Below are positions 28,648 to 38,324 of a stretch of DNA of 64,000 nucleotides, one piece after another. The position numbers and the translations under genes are program-made. This DNA is from an uncultured Chloroflexia bacterium (GTDB lineage Bacteria > Chloroflexota > Chloroflexia > QHBQ01 > JADMIH01). Numbering within the stretch: the first letter of the stretch is position 1; every line of letters begins with the position of its first letter. The DNA is taken from NCBI GenBank assembly GCA_963797095.1, contig CAWCNY010000006.1:928001-992000 (forward strand), read 5' to 3'. The notes beneath the pieces are model-generated. The model saw only the letters and a program-made list of their open reading frames with translations. It was not told the origin of the DNA and ran no database searches.

Positions 28648-30003
28648 GTGATAACAGGCACCTTATCAACAGACATATTGATCATCTACATTCCGGCGGT
28701 CCTGGCCGTCCTGATGGGAGTGTTGGGCATCCTTCGTGGTGCGCGCCGGGAAGCCGTGGTTTCCGGCTCGATAGTGCTGGCGGCCCTCATCATTATCGTA
28801 TGGGGCGTCCCGTGGGCCACCGACCTCAGCAACATGTTCCCCAACTTCTCCATATCTGATAGCCGCAATACGCTTGCTTACATCGTAATGGGCCTGTCGG
28901 TGCTGGTCGTCGGCTATATGTTGGGCAGTGCGCTCGTTCCGCGCACTCCGATCGGTGGTTTGTCACGCGTGTGCGGCTTCTTCCTGGGGGTCGCTAACGG
29001 TCTGGCGATTGGAGGTTACTTCATCCGGGGCCAGTACGACTCGGCAACTCTTGACCCATCAGGGGCCAATATCGATCTGATCAACACTCTCACTACCAAC
29101 ACCATCGCCCGCTACCTCTGGATATGGGCAAACTGGTTCCCCCTGGCGGTTGCTATTGTCGCGGCCATAGTTGCCTTGATAGGACCGTTCAGGCGCGCAC
29201 AGACTGTGGTCGCCACCCCTGCCGCTCAGACCGACTGGGGGCCGTCGGCTGCTCCCGCTATGGGTACACCGATGGGCGTGCCTCCTATGGCAGCGCCCGG
29301 CCCCGCCGCCTACACCACGGGCTACGGTCAGGGCTTCACCGGCCAGTACCCGCAGCAACAGCCCCAATACGGCCAGCAGCCCCAGTATGGGCAGCAGCCT
29401 CAGTACCCACAAGCGCCCACTCAGCCCAACCAGTACGCACCTACAAACCAACCATATTCGCAATATCCTCAGTTCGGCCAGCAGCCTGCTGCTCCTCCCG
29501 CCACGCCAGTGCCCTATCCCAGTTCTCCCTATTCACCTGCGCCCACCACGCAGGGTCGCCTTGAGGACGCGCCGCCCACCACGCTTATGCCAACCTCGGA
29601 TCAAACGCGCTCAACGCCGCCCAGTGGGCAGGACACCCGTTATTTTGGGGGCGCGCCTGCCGCCCAGCCGAAAGATACCGGCCCGCAGTCGAAGGCTCCC
29701 GATTGGTCGGGGCCAAGTGAGCCTTCCTGGCTAAGCTCTACCCCCGCTACGTCGAATATGGCCCCACAAGGCTCAAGCGCCCCTTCTTCACCTCAGCTTG
29801 ATAGCTCGCTGGTGTCGCGTTCGGAAGCGCCCACTATGGCCCAACCCATTGTTACATCCGCCCCCGATAATGAGATCGTTCAGAACTCGTCTCAGCCAAC
29901 CGGCGATTCGACTACTTCCTCGTTCGTCAACTGCCCGCGTTGCGGTACCCTTGTCCCATCTGATGCGGCTTTCTGTACTGAGTGCGGCAATAAAATAAGT
30001 TGA
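28648..30003 (+). CDS. CvpA-like membrane protein with Q/P/Y-rich low-complexity tail and C-terminal zinc ribbon
   Basis: GILRGARRE and SRVCGFFLGVANG resemble CvpA; YGQQPQ repeats; CPRC...FCTECG; GGAGG RBS. Confidence 0.6.
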   Translation: MITGTLSTDILIIYIPAVLAVLMGVLGILRGARREAVVSGSIVLAALIIIVWGVPWATDLSNMFPNFSISDSRNTLAYIVMGLSVLVVGYMLGSALVPRTPIGGLSRVCGFFLGVANGLAIGGYFIRGQYDSATLDPSGANIDLINTLTTNTIARYLWIWANWFPLAVAIVAAIVALIGPFRRAQTVVATPAAQTDWGPSAAPAMGTPMGVPPMAAPGPAAYTTGYGQGFTGQYPQQQPQYGQQPQYGQQPQYPQAPTQPNQYAPTNQPYSQYPQFGQQPAAPPATPVPYPSSPYSPAPTTQGRLEDAPPTTLMPTSDQTRSTPPSGQDTRYFGGAPAAQPKDTGPQSKAPDWSGPSEPSWLSSTPATSNMAPQGSSAPSSPQLDSSLVSRSEAPTMAQPIVTSAPDNEIVQNSSQPTGDSTTSSFVNCPRCGTLVPSDAAFCTECGNKIS

Positions 30004-30067
30004 AAGCCTGAAGGTAGCCGGTTGTCAGCTGGCAATGATTGGCCCCTGAGACCAAAGAGAGGTCACC

Positions 30068-31531
30068 ATGCAGAACAATAGATGGTTGCAAGCGTTGATC
30101 ATCTTGCTGGTGATCATCGCCTCCGCGTGGCTAGCGGGGCAGGTGTGGGGCTTCATCATCCAGTTCTCGAATATCCTGCTCCTCTTCTTCCTCTCCTGGC
30201 TACTTTCTTTCATACTACGTCCCATCGCACGGTGGCTGACCAATCGCGGTTTCCCCTATGGCATATCGGTGGGCATCGTATATCTTAGCCTGGCGTTGGT
30301 CATCGTTGTAGGTGGCTTCTTGCTGGTGCCTGTTATTACCCAGCAGATCACACAGCTAATCAATAGCAGCGATGAATGGGCGAAAGACCTGCAACAGCTT
30401 GCTCAGGATATCCAAAATACGCTGACCAGTTGGGGTGTGAAATCGACCGACCTCGATAATATCATCAGCGAGCTTATCGGCCAGGTGCAGACTGCTATTC
30501 TGGCGGTGCTACAAAATACCCTCCCCGTCATCCAGAGCATCGCCACCCTGGTGCTACAACTGATCTTCCTGGTGCTGGTGTCGTTCTACTTCATGAAGGA
30601 CGGCGACCGCCTTGCCGCAGGTCTGCTTCGCCTCTTGCCGCCCAGGTGGCAGGACGAGGCCAGGCTTGCCGCTCTCAGCATCGAGCGCAGCTTTGGCGGC
30701 TTCCTGCGCGGGCAGGTGGTGTTTGCCCTCCTTTACGGTGTGGTGACGGCAGTCATCATGATGATCCCGCCGTTCCAGCTTGACTACGTGGTAATTGCCT
30801 CGATTGCTGCCGGACTATGCATGATCATTCCGCTGGTTGGGGGCTTCATCGCGTACATACCTCCTGTGCTTGTGGCTCTTATCACGCCGGATAAGCCCTG
30901 GTGGTTGTTGTTTATCGTCCTGTTTGTCGTGCAATCGATCATGATCAACGTGCTTAGCCCGAGGATCATGTCTAGCGCGATTGGGTTGCATCCTATCTAT
31001 GTGGTGGCGGCGTTGCTCGTTGGGGGCCAGATCGCTGGCATCTGGGGCGCGCTTTTCGGTATCCCCATCGCTGGTGCGATCAACCTGATTGGCCGCCCTC
31101 TAATGCGCCGCGTACGCTCTCAGACCACGCTCTACCAGGAATCGACATCACATGTCCTTCCTACGAGTGCCTTTATTACGGGGCCGCTTGCCGCCTCGAT
31201 GGCACAGTACAACAAAACGCAAACGCTTCCGCAGACAGAGGTTGCAGCACCCACAGTAGAAACGCCGGGTGTAATGCCACCCAACATCCCTGTGACCGCA
31301 GACGCCGCGTCCGCAACTTCCGCTACTACCGCCCGAGCACCTGAGCCGCCTGTGCCTGCCCCGATTAGCCCTGCTGTCTATTTCGCCGAAGTCGAGCGCG
31401 ATGCCGAGGAGATGGCCCGGCATACGCCCACCCTTTCCGCAAGAGCGTGGAGCCTCGTCGTAGTGGTGGGATCACGCGCCGCCAGTTGGGCCTGGTCCAA
31501 AGCTCGCAGGAATGCCAGAAACCGCGCCTGA
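30068..31531 (+). CDS. AI-2E family transporter
   Basis: FYFMKDG, GGFLRGQ, IIPLVG, LSPRIMSSAIGLHP, GIWGALFGIP. Confidence 0.92.
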   Translation: MQNNRWLQALIILLVIIASAWLAGQVWGFIIQFSNILLLFFLSWLLSFILRPIARWLTNRGFPYGISVGIVYLSLALVIVVGGFLLVPVITQQITQLINSSDEWAKDLQQLAQDIQNTLTSWGVKSTDLDNIISELIGQVQTAILAVLQNTLPVIQSIATLVLQLIFLVLVSFYFMKDGDRLAAGLLRLLPPRWQDEARLAALSIERSFGGFLRGQVVFALLYGVVTAVIMMIPPFQLDYVVIASIAAGLCMIIPLVGGFIAYIPPVLVALITPDKPWWLLFIVLFVVQSIMINVLSPRIMSSAIGLHPIYVVAALLVGGQIAGIWGALFGIPIAGAINLIGRPLMRRVRSQTTLYQESTSHVLPTSAFITGPLAASMAQYNKTQTLPQTEVAAPTVETPGVMPPNIPVTADAASATSATTARAPEPPVPAPISPAVYFAEVERDAEEMARHTPTLSARAWSLVVVVGSRAASWAWSKARRNARNRA

Positions 31532-33425
31532 GCATCGATCCTGGGTCCAGCGTCTAAGCTCCCTGTGGGTTGTCCTGGGCTATACTGTTCTCACCGTCAT
31601 ACTGACGTGGCCTATTTCCGGCAACCTCGCGACGCAGGTGCCTGGTGGAGGAGATGCCTGGCAGCATATCTGGAACCTGTGGTGGGTGAAGGATGCTCTT
31701 CTGAATCTGCATACCAATCCCTACCACACGGACCTGTTGTACTATCCCGATGGCGTCAATCTATACTTCCATACTCTGGTGCTCTCCGCAGGGCTGATCG
31801 GAATACCTCTGCAACTCCTTGGCCTCAATCTCCTCGCTACGTATAACCTGATCCTCCTCTCTACTTATGTGCTTGCGGGTTATGGCACTTTTCTTTTGTG
31901 CTGCCACCTGACAGGGAAAACCTGGGCATCTTTCGTTGGGGGGCTGGTATTTGCCTTCGCGCCTTATCACTCGGCGCATCTGTTTGGGCACATGAACCTG
32001 GCGTCGCTCCAATGGATACCCTTTTATGTGCTGTTTCTCTTGAAGACCCTGGATGGGCGAGAAGCCGAGAGCGATGATCAACAAGGAGCTAGACCTAATC
32101 GGGTATTCGCTATACGAATACCTTCGGGACGGCTGAAGTATGCGATTGTTGCGGGCGCTTTGCTGGCGCTCAACGCTTACACTGAATGGACCTATGCCAT
32201 CTTCATGGTGCTGCTCACCGGGTTATTAGTCGCTTGGAAGGTACTCGTGCCGTCGGAGCGTAGAGGTCTTTATGAACGCGGGACGAACCTGGCAGACGCG
32301 GCAACCCTGGTTGCCGTGATAGGCGTGGTATTTCTCATCATAACCGCGCCTATTTTCTTCCCGACACTCGCTGAGGCAAGCCAGGGGTACGCCCAGCAGC
32401 CTCCTGAGGAGACCCTTTTCTATTCCGCAGACCTGGTCAATGCCTTTCTCCCCTCGGAGTTGCACCCCTGGTGGGGTCCGGCCATCGCACAAGAGGTGCA
32501 GAAGATTCCGCCCTACCTTCCCTTGAAGAACCCATCTGAGCGCGTGCTCTTTCTTGGCTACAGTGTGCTTGCGCTTGCGGCCTGGGGACTCTGGAGATTG
32601 AGGCGAGACAGGAGGGTGCTTTTCTGGTCGATGACGGCCTTTATGGCTTGGGTTCTGAGTCTCGGTCCGGTGTTGCAGGTGCTGGGGAAGCGGCAGTTTA
32701 CCGCCTTCGGTGTGGAAGTGCCGTTGCCTTATCTCTTGCTCTATAAACTGCCGCTGTTCAGCATCATGCGCACCCCTGCACGGCTCACGGTGCTGGTGAT
32801 GCTGGCTCTTGCTATCCTGGTGGCTTTTTCCCTGGCGCCACTCCTGGCGAGCCGAAAGACAAGTGACAGAGATGACACCGCATCTGCCGAGGTTTTGACC
32901 GCGCAATCTACGAAGTGGTGGCCTGTGGGAAGGCAAGCCGTGATCGCCCTGGCGGTGCCGGTCCTGATCCTCTTTGAGTTTATGCCCGTGTTTCCTATGG
33001 TACCTCCGGGCTGGAATGTGCCGATTTACACGAAGATAGCCTCCGAGCCGGGGAATTTCGCGCTTCTTGAGCTTCCTATAAGGCCGTTCAGCGATTATAT
33101 GGCCTACCAGACTGTACATGGCAAGCCTATCATCGGCGGGTACCTGTCGCGCCAGCCACCTTACCCGCTGCTTGACGAGAATGCGGCAGTCCACTATCTG
33201 CTCGATACCACGCCGCTTGACGACCCTGTGGCGTCGCAGGTGGTTGATGGCAAGGGCGTGCAGTCGTTACGTGAGCTTGGCGTCAAGTATGTGATAGTGC
33301 GGTGGTGGGCGTTCACGCCTGAGCAGAAGACGCTCATGCAAACCAAGCTCGATACCCTGATGGGGCGATCTCCTGATTCCTCCTATCCGGGGGATCAGGT
33401 GGATGCCTGGCAACTGTCGCCTTAG
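31512..33425 (+). CDS. Polytopic membrane protein, probable GT-C glycosyltransferase
   Basis: GGDAWQHIWNLWW, YYPDG, FAFAPYH, RTPAR, HGKPIIGGY. Confidence 0.65.
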   Translation: MPETAPEHRSWVQRLSSLWVVLGYTVLTVILTWPISGNLATQVPGGGDAWQHIWNLWWVKDALLNLHTNPYHTDLLYYPDGVNLYFHTLVLSAGLIGIPLQLLGLNLLATYNLILLSTYVLAGYGTFLLCCHLTGKTWASFVGGLVFAFAPYHSAHLFGHMNLASLQWIPFYVLFLLKTLDGREAESDDQQGARPNRVFAIRIPSGRLKYAIVAGALLALNAYTEWTYAIFMVLLTGLLVAWKVLVPSERRGLYERGTNLADAATLVAVIGVVFLIITAPIFFPTLAEASQGYAQQPPEETLFYSADLVNAFLPSELHPWWGPAIAQEVQKIPPYLPLKNPSERVLFLGYSVLALAAWGLWRLRRDRRVLFWSMTAFMAWVLSLGPVLQVLGKRQFTAFGVEVPLPYLLLYKLPLFSIMRTPARLTVLVMLALAILVAFSLAPLLASRKTSDRDDTASAEVLTAQSTKWWPVGRQAVIALAVPVLILFEFMPVFPMVPPGWNVPIYTKIASEPGNFALLELPIRPFSDYMAYQTVHGKPIIGGYLSRQPPYPLLDENAAVHYLLDTTPLDDPVASQVVDGKGVQSLRELGVKYVIVRWWAFTPEQKTLMQTKLDTLMGRSPDSSYPGDQVDAWQLSP

Positions 33426-33486
33426 GAAAAGACCAGAGTGCACACACGGCACGCTCTGTATGGTCTAGCAGGTGCAGCCGGAAAAG

Positions 33487-36480
33487 TTATGGCACCACTG
33501 TTGGCATGGCTGAGGGATCGTCAGTTGCCGCAGGGGCCTCCTGCTGAGGCTGCGCAGGCTGGGACGTCGGTAGTTGTGGCTCGTTTTCAGCGGCGGGTGG
33601 CGGCGCGATTCTAGCGCCTGAGCCGGGAAGGTTGGCCTGGTACACTTTGCGGCCGATGGATAGGTAAACCTTGCTGTGCCCTTCATCCACTGCCAGCGCT
33701 GAGAAGTCTGTTAGTCCCGAGTCGGTAGGCGCTTTGTATATTGCGAGGGTCTGCCCTTCCTTATCGAGACGGGTTATGCTGTCGTCTGCGGACCTCAATA
33801 TGTAGATATTCTGTATATCGGTGTTGGTGACAATCTCAGTAGGTGGTCCTCCATCCGCCACATTCTTCGGGGTGAAGGTGCCGGTCATTTTGCCGCCTTG
33901 CATCACCAGAATATGGCCATCGCTGAGAGCCACATAGATCGCACCGTCGATAGCCATGGCGGTAGGCTCCTTCATCGCATCGGAGGTAGGTCCATCGGTT
34001 ATCCAGTCGATGGGAGGCTCGCTGTACTGCCCGGAAATGTATTTGGATATTTGACCTGGCTTGGACCCCAGCAGGTAGAGGTTGCCATCGTAGCTCCCCA
34101 TGCTGATCGACTTCTGTAGGCCATCCGCCCCGCCAAGCGGTTCCGCCAGCCAGGCCCCGGTGTCGGCGCTGAACACATAGGATACCAGGCTTTCATCGAG
34201 CACTACCGGGCTGCCCACTCGCGAAGTGATGGCCGCCGGTACTCCTACCTTCTGGCCTCCAATTGTGTCGCCCTCGCTGAGAACCACGGAGCATGATTTG
34301 GCGGCAACCTGGCACCTGTAGACCCAACTCTTTGCGCGATCCAGTATGTAAACGTTGTTGCCCTGTACGATAAGGTCGTCGCGATAGGTAGGGGCTGGAG
34401 ATTCGCCGGGATCGGTCGAAGTTGAATCCTGGGTTGCGGGTGCGCCGATCTCGGTAGTTGCCGGGACATCCAAGTTGTCTATGGCATCGAGATCGAACAG
34501 CAGCTTGAGCGAGGAGAGGCGGGTGACGCCCTGGGCGGTATCGAGGTCTGTACTCAATTGGCCCACCAGCCGCGTGGCTTCATCCGACTCAGGGTTGGCC
34601 GCGGCTGCTTCTTTGGCCTTGTCGAGCGCCAGTTGCAGCTTCTGTACGCGCTCGGTGTCGGTGAGGCCCTGCTGGTTGGCAGCGGTCTGTAGCTGCTGGG
34701 CTTGGGCAAGGAGGTTATTGGTGGCGGCCTGCTCGGCGCTGCCCCTCATGCTCAGTAGGGATACTACCAGTATGATGCCGACCAGTGCGAGAGCACCGAG
34801 GATCACCAGGCGCAGTGGAAGTAGCATCCTTTGGCCCGTGCGTTGGCGAGTGGCTCTGGGGGTGGTGCCCGCTCGTTGTGGGATGACCGCCGCCAGGGCC
34901 TGGCTGCCCCAGGCTGCTAGCTGCCGCCCCACCGCCGCGAAGTTGATGCCCTGCGCTTTTGTTCTGGCAGGTTGGATGGTGGGTGTCGGTTGTACGCTCT
35001 GATCGTCAAACGGCTCATCGTAGATGCCGGGGGAGTGCCCTTTGTAAGAGGGTGCGGAGAAGTCTTCCTGGTCTGGATCGTCCTGAACCTTCGGCTTGAA
35101 GATCACGCGATGGGTAGCGGCGTACCTGGGGACGTCAAGCGCGGGTGGCGAGTCCTCCCAGCCGTCGAATTGAAGCTCCTCATCCCCGGGTTCGGGCATG
35201 TTTTCGGGGGCGGATTCGGCACGGGCATGGAATGGCGGTATCTCCGGGGATTGTTGGATGAAAAGCTGGGTGGGCTGCCTGGACCACATTTCACCTTCAT
35301 CTTCGGGTTCCAGCAGCGGCTCAGGCTCTTCCCCGGCATCGTCCAGACCCTCCCATGAGGGCTTATGCGGCTCCGGTTGTGGCTGTGGCTGTGGCTCCCA
35401 CTCGGCAGGGGCGGCCTGCCGGGAGTCGGCTGCTTCGCCGGTCGGCTCGCTGTCGGGTTTGCGGCGGGCGAGCCAATCGCGTGGGCCGCGCAGGGCCTCG
35501 ATCAGGCCCGCACCGGGGGCGGGCTTCTCAGGTTCGTGGGGAGCCGCGCTTACGCCGCCCGCCTGGGCTACCTGCAAGCCTGCCTTGGGCGCTATGGATG
35601 TGATATAGTCGGTGTCAACTCCGGAGGATGTGGGAACACCCAGTGCGAGCACGCAGGCGTGGGCCTCGGCCAGCCCCTTTTCCTGCGCCAGGTCTACCAG
35701 GGTGGCTATGACGCTATCGGCATCGTAGGCGAAGGCTTGTTCGGCCCATTGGCGCTCTATGTGCCGGGCTAAGCCTGACGAAACTAGTACGATCCTGTCG
35801 CCCGGCTCGATGCGCCTATATATTAGGTCGGCTTCGACGCCGGGCCCGCTGCCGAGGGCGGGCGCGGGAACTACCACGTTGGAAAGGTCGGGCAGTTGGA
35901 GTTCTTCTTCTTCCTGGTCTTCCTCTTCCTCTGTTAGCACGCGTTTGAGGGTGACGACGGTGCGGCCTGGCGAGGGGAACCAACCCTCAGGCTCAGGGAG
36001 GGCGGATAGGAGGCCGTTGTGCAGGATGTACGCCTGAGTGGGGGCCATCTGGGATAGATAGACGCCTGTGCCGTCTGGCCTTATCAAGAGGGCGGTCATG
36101 CCGACCCTTACGCGCTTGGTTTTGGTGTTGGTTTGGACGGCTACATTTCCGCCCGGTGCGTTGTCGTCCGAGTCCGTTCCTGTCCAGCCGGAGCCGTACT
36201 GGAGGAGAGCGTTGTTGGCAGCGTCGAGGGCGTTGAGGAGGCTGCTTGTCAGGCCGAGCGAATGGTCGGAGAAGTAGCCTTCGACCACGGTGTGCTGGGC
36301 CAGCCTGCACGCATCGGCTCCCAGCGCGACGCTGCCCACAGGCTCGCTGATGAGGGCGAGCGTGCCGCGCTTTTGTAATACCTGGGCAATAGGGTGTACG
36401 CAGACCGAGTATGGGCTTGTGTCGATCTGCATTCCGCCGAAGACGGCGAACCGCCTGCAACTTAGTTCCATCCGGGTCAT
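33487..36480 (-). CDS. Large bitopic protein: PP2C-like N-terminal domain, acidic/Pro linker, TM, helical segment and beta-propeller
   Basis: ALDAANNAL, VGMTAL, PALGSGPGVEADL..RRIEPGDRIVLVSSGL; YDGNLYLL, AIDGAIYV blades. Confidence 0.6.
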   Translation of the reverse strand: MTRMELSCRRFAVFGGMQIDTSPYSVCVHPIAQVLQKRGTLALISEPVGSVALGADACRLAQHTVVEGYFSDHSLGLTSSLLNALDAANNALLQYGSGWTGTDSDDNAPGGNVAVQTNTKTKRVRVGMTALLIRPDGTGVYLSQMAPTQAYILHNGLLSALPEPEGWFPSPGRTVVTLKRVLTEEEEDQEEEELQLPDLSNVVVPAPALGSGPGVEADLIYRRIEPGDRIVLVSSGLARHIERQWAEQAFAYDADSVIATLVDLAQEKGLAEAHACVLALGVPTSSGVDTDYITSIAPKAGLQVAQAGGVSAAPHEPEKPAPGAGLIEALRGPRDWLARRKPDSEPTGEAADSRQAAPAEWEPQPQPQPEPHKPSWEGLDDAGEEPEPLLEPEDEGEMWSRQPTQLFIQQSPEIPPFHARAESAPENMPEPGDEELQFDGWEDSPPALDVPRYAATHRVIFKPKVQDDPDQEDFSAPSYKGHSPGIYDEPFDDQSVQPTPTIQPARTKAQGINFAAVGRQLAAWGSQALAAVIPQRAGTTPRATRQRTGQRMLLPLRLVILGALALVGIILVVSLLSMRGSAEQAATNNLLAQAQQLQTAANQQGLTDTERVQKLQLALDKAKEAAAANPESDEATRLVGQLSTDLDTAQGVTRLSSLKLLFDLDAIDNLDVPATTEIGAPATQDSTSTDPGESPAPTYRDDLIVQGNNVYILDRAKSWVYRCQVAAKSCSVVLSEGDTIGGQKVGVPAAITSRVGSPVVLDESLVSYVFSADTGAWLAEPLGGADGLQKSISMGSYDGNLYLLGSKPGQISKYISGQYSEPPIDWITDGPTSDAMKEPTAMAIDGAIYVALSDGHILVMQGGKMTGTFTPKNVADGGPPTEIVTNTDIQNIYILRSADDSITRLDKEGQTLAIYKAPTDSGLTDFSALAVDEGHSKVYLSIGRKVYQANLPGSGARIAPPPAAENEPQLPTSQPAQPQQEAPAATDDPSAMPTVVP

Positions 36481-36521
36481 AGTGGTATCCCCCGCAAGAA
36501 TATCCGAAAAAACGTGCGAAA

Positions 36522-36530
36522 ATTATAGCA
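36522..36530 (-). promoter_or_regulatory. Extended -10 promoter of the PP2C-like gene
   Basis: Minus strand TGC-TATAAT about 45 nt upstream of the start. Confidence 0.5.
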
Positions 36531-36622
36531 GTCAGTGTGGGCTGATTTGTGGGTTATCCACAAGGCGCAGCCGGTAGCCCGTAGGCGGTGGTTTCTGGTT
36601 GTTATTGGCCTGGTTGGTGTTT

Positions 36623-36772
36623 GGGTGTGTACTTTGGTACTTGCTTTGATCCTTTTTGTGCGTTTTGTTGGTCATCTTGTTATTAGTAGATGGATTTGCC
36701 CTCAATAACTAAATGACATTGGTTGGACAAAACGGGACAGGTTTTGGGGTGTACTTAAGGGTGATTTTTTGC
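36623..36772 (-). repeat. Dispersed repeat family B, copy 2
   Basis: Reverse complement reads gcaaaaaatcacccttaagtacaccccaaaacctgtcccgttttgtccaaccaatg...aaaaaggatcaaag. Confidence 0.85.
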
Positions 36773-36836
36773 TGTGGACTTGGCTCTGTCGGATGAGTTA
36801 CACTATCTCAACACATTATGGGGAGGCTAGGCTTTT

Positions 36837-38210
36837 ATGTCTGCTGTAAACGACTACATCGATGCGCACCTGGATGAAACTTATGAGAGGCTGAAGCGCT
36901 GGTGCTCGCAGCCCAGCATCTCGACCGAGAATGTTGGGATCGAGGAGATGGCGAAACTGGCCGCTGAGGACCTGCGTCGGAGCGGCTTCGAGGTTGAGGT
37001 TTACCCTACCGAGGGGTATCCGGTGGTGCTTGCGCGCACGGGATCTTCGGGAGAGGGAGTGCCTACATTGCTCGTGTACAACCACTACGATGTGCAGCCT
37101 ACAGGCGAGCGGGCGGACTGGCAATCGGACCCTTTCAAGCCTGAGATACGCGACGGCAAGATGTATGGGAGGGGAGTTGCCGATACCAAGAGCAATGTGG
37201 TGTCACGGGTGGCCGCGCTGGACGCGATACGAGCCGTGCGCGGAGAACTGCCTGTACAGGTGGTGTGGGTGCTGGAGGGGGAGGAGGAGATCGGCAGTCC
37301 GCACCTTGATAAGTTTATCCTGGCGCACCGCGACGAATTGAAGGCTGATGGGTGTATCTGGGAATTCGGGGGGTACACATGGGATGGTGTGCCGAACGTC
37401 ACGTTGGGGTTAAAGGGTATGCTGTCAGTTGAACTGGTGGCGAGGGGGGCGAACCGCGATATACATTCGGGAAACGCGGCGTATGTGCCAAACCCGGTGT
37501 GGCGATTGGTGTGGGCATTGAATGCCATCAAGACGCCCGATGGAAAGATACATATCCCTGGTTTCTACGACCGGGTGAGCGTGCCTACCCCTGCACAAGA
37601 AGCACTCTTAGACCAGTTGCCTGACGAGTTGGATCGGGACCGGGTAAACTGGGGCCTGGACTCGTTCATCAATGGAATGACAGGCAAGGATTTGCTGCGT
37701 GCATCCAGTTTCGAGCCTACCGCCAACATATTGGGTATGGAGGCGGGCTATAACGGGCCGGGGACCAAGACGATATTGCCGCATGTGGCGCAGGCCAAGA
37801 TGGATATCAGGTTGGTACCGGACCAGGACCCGGAGGAGCTTTTCGAATCGCTGTGCGCTTTTCTGCGCGATAACGGTTTCACAGATATAGAGGTGCGGCA
37901 TATCAGCAATGAAGGCGATCTGCTGCCTGGGATCAGCGACCCAGAGTCACCGTTTGTGCAGACGGTGCTTCAGGCATTGCGCGAGGCTAACGGCAAAGAG
38001 CCGGTAATCACGCCGTCGTCGGGTGGATCTGGCCCAGTGGGTGTGTTCGTGCTGCCCCCGCCCCGTGGGCTTGGGTTGCAGATCGCGGCTATCGGTACGG
38101 GATACCCTGATACGCGCGCTCATGGCCCGAATGAGAATATTCGTCTTGAGGATTTTCGCGCGCACGTCCATACGTTTGCTCGGTTGGTGGAGTTGATGGG
38201 TGACGAGTGA
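36837..38210 (+). CDS. M20/M25/M40 family metallo-hydrolase (dipeptidase-like)
   Basis: YNHYDVQP, GRGVADTK, EGEEEIGS, AHGPNE; GGAGG RBS. Confidence 0.92.
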   Translation: MSAVNDYIDAHLDETYERLKRWCSQPSISTENVGIEEMAKLAAEDLRRSGFEVEVYPTEGYPVVLARTGSSGEGVPTLLVYNHYDVQPTGERADWQSDPFKPEIRDGKMYGRGVADTKSNVVSRVAALDAIRAVRGELPVQVVWVLEGEEEIGSPHLDKFILAHRDELKADGCIWEFGGYTWDGVPNVTLGLKGMLSVELVARGANRDIHSGNAAYVPNPVWRLVWALNAIKTPDGKIHIPGFYDRVSVPTPAQEALLDQLPDELDRDRVNWGLDSFINGMTGKDLLRASSFEPTANILGMEAGYNGPGTKTILPHVAQAKMDIRLVPDQDPEELFESLCAFLRDNGFTDIEVRHISNEGDLLPGISDPESPFVQTVLQALREANGKEPVITPSSGGSGPVGVFVLPPPRGLGLQIAAIGTGYPDTRAHGPNENIRLEDFRAHVHTFARLVELMGDE

Positions 38211-38303
38211 CGAGTGACGAGTGACGAGTAGAACATGCAATAAGCAGTACGCAGTACGCAGTATGCAATAGTCACGTATCACATATCACCTATCACTCGT
38301 CAC
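38200..38303. repeat. Composite heptamer array (GTGACGA x4, GCAGTAC, TATCACx)
   Basis: Same order of three unit types recurs at 59057-59119. Confidence 0.85.
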
Positions 38304-38324
38304 GTTGGTTTTGACGGTTTTGCA

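Noticed and set aside
32226-33194. 322-aa minus-strand ORF
   Set aside because: Antisense to the well-supported GT-C-like gene; composition typical of GC-rich shadow frames
36480-36836. Possible replication origin (DnaA box, T-rich intergenic DNA)
   Set aside because: Only one perfect DnaA box; the T-rich part is repeat family B; no dnaA/dnaN nearby
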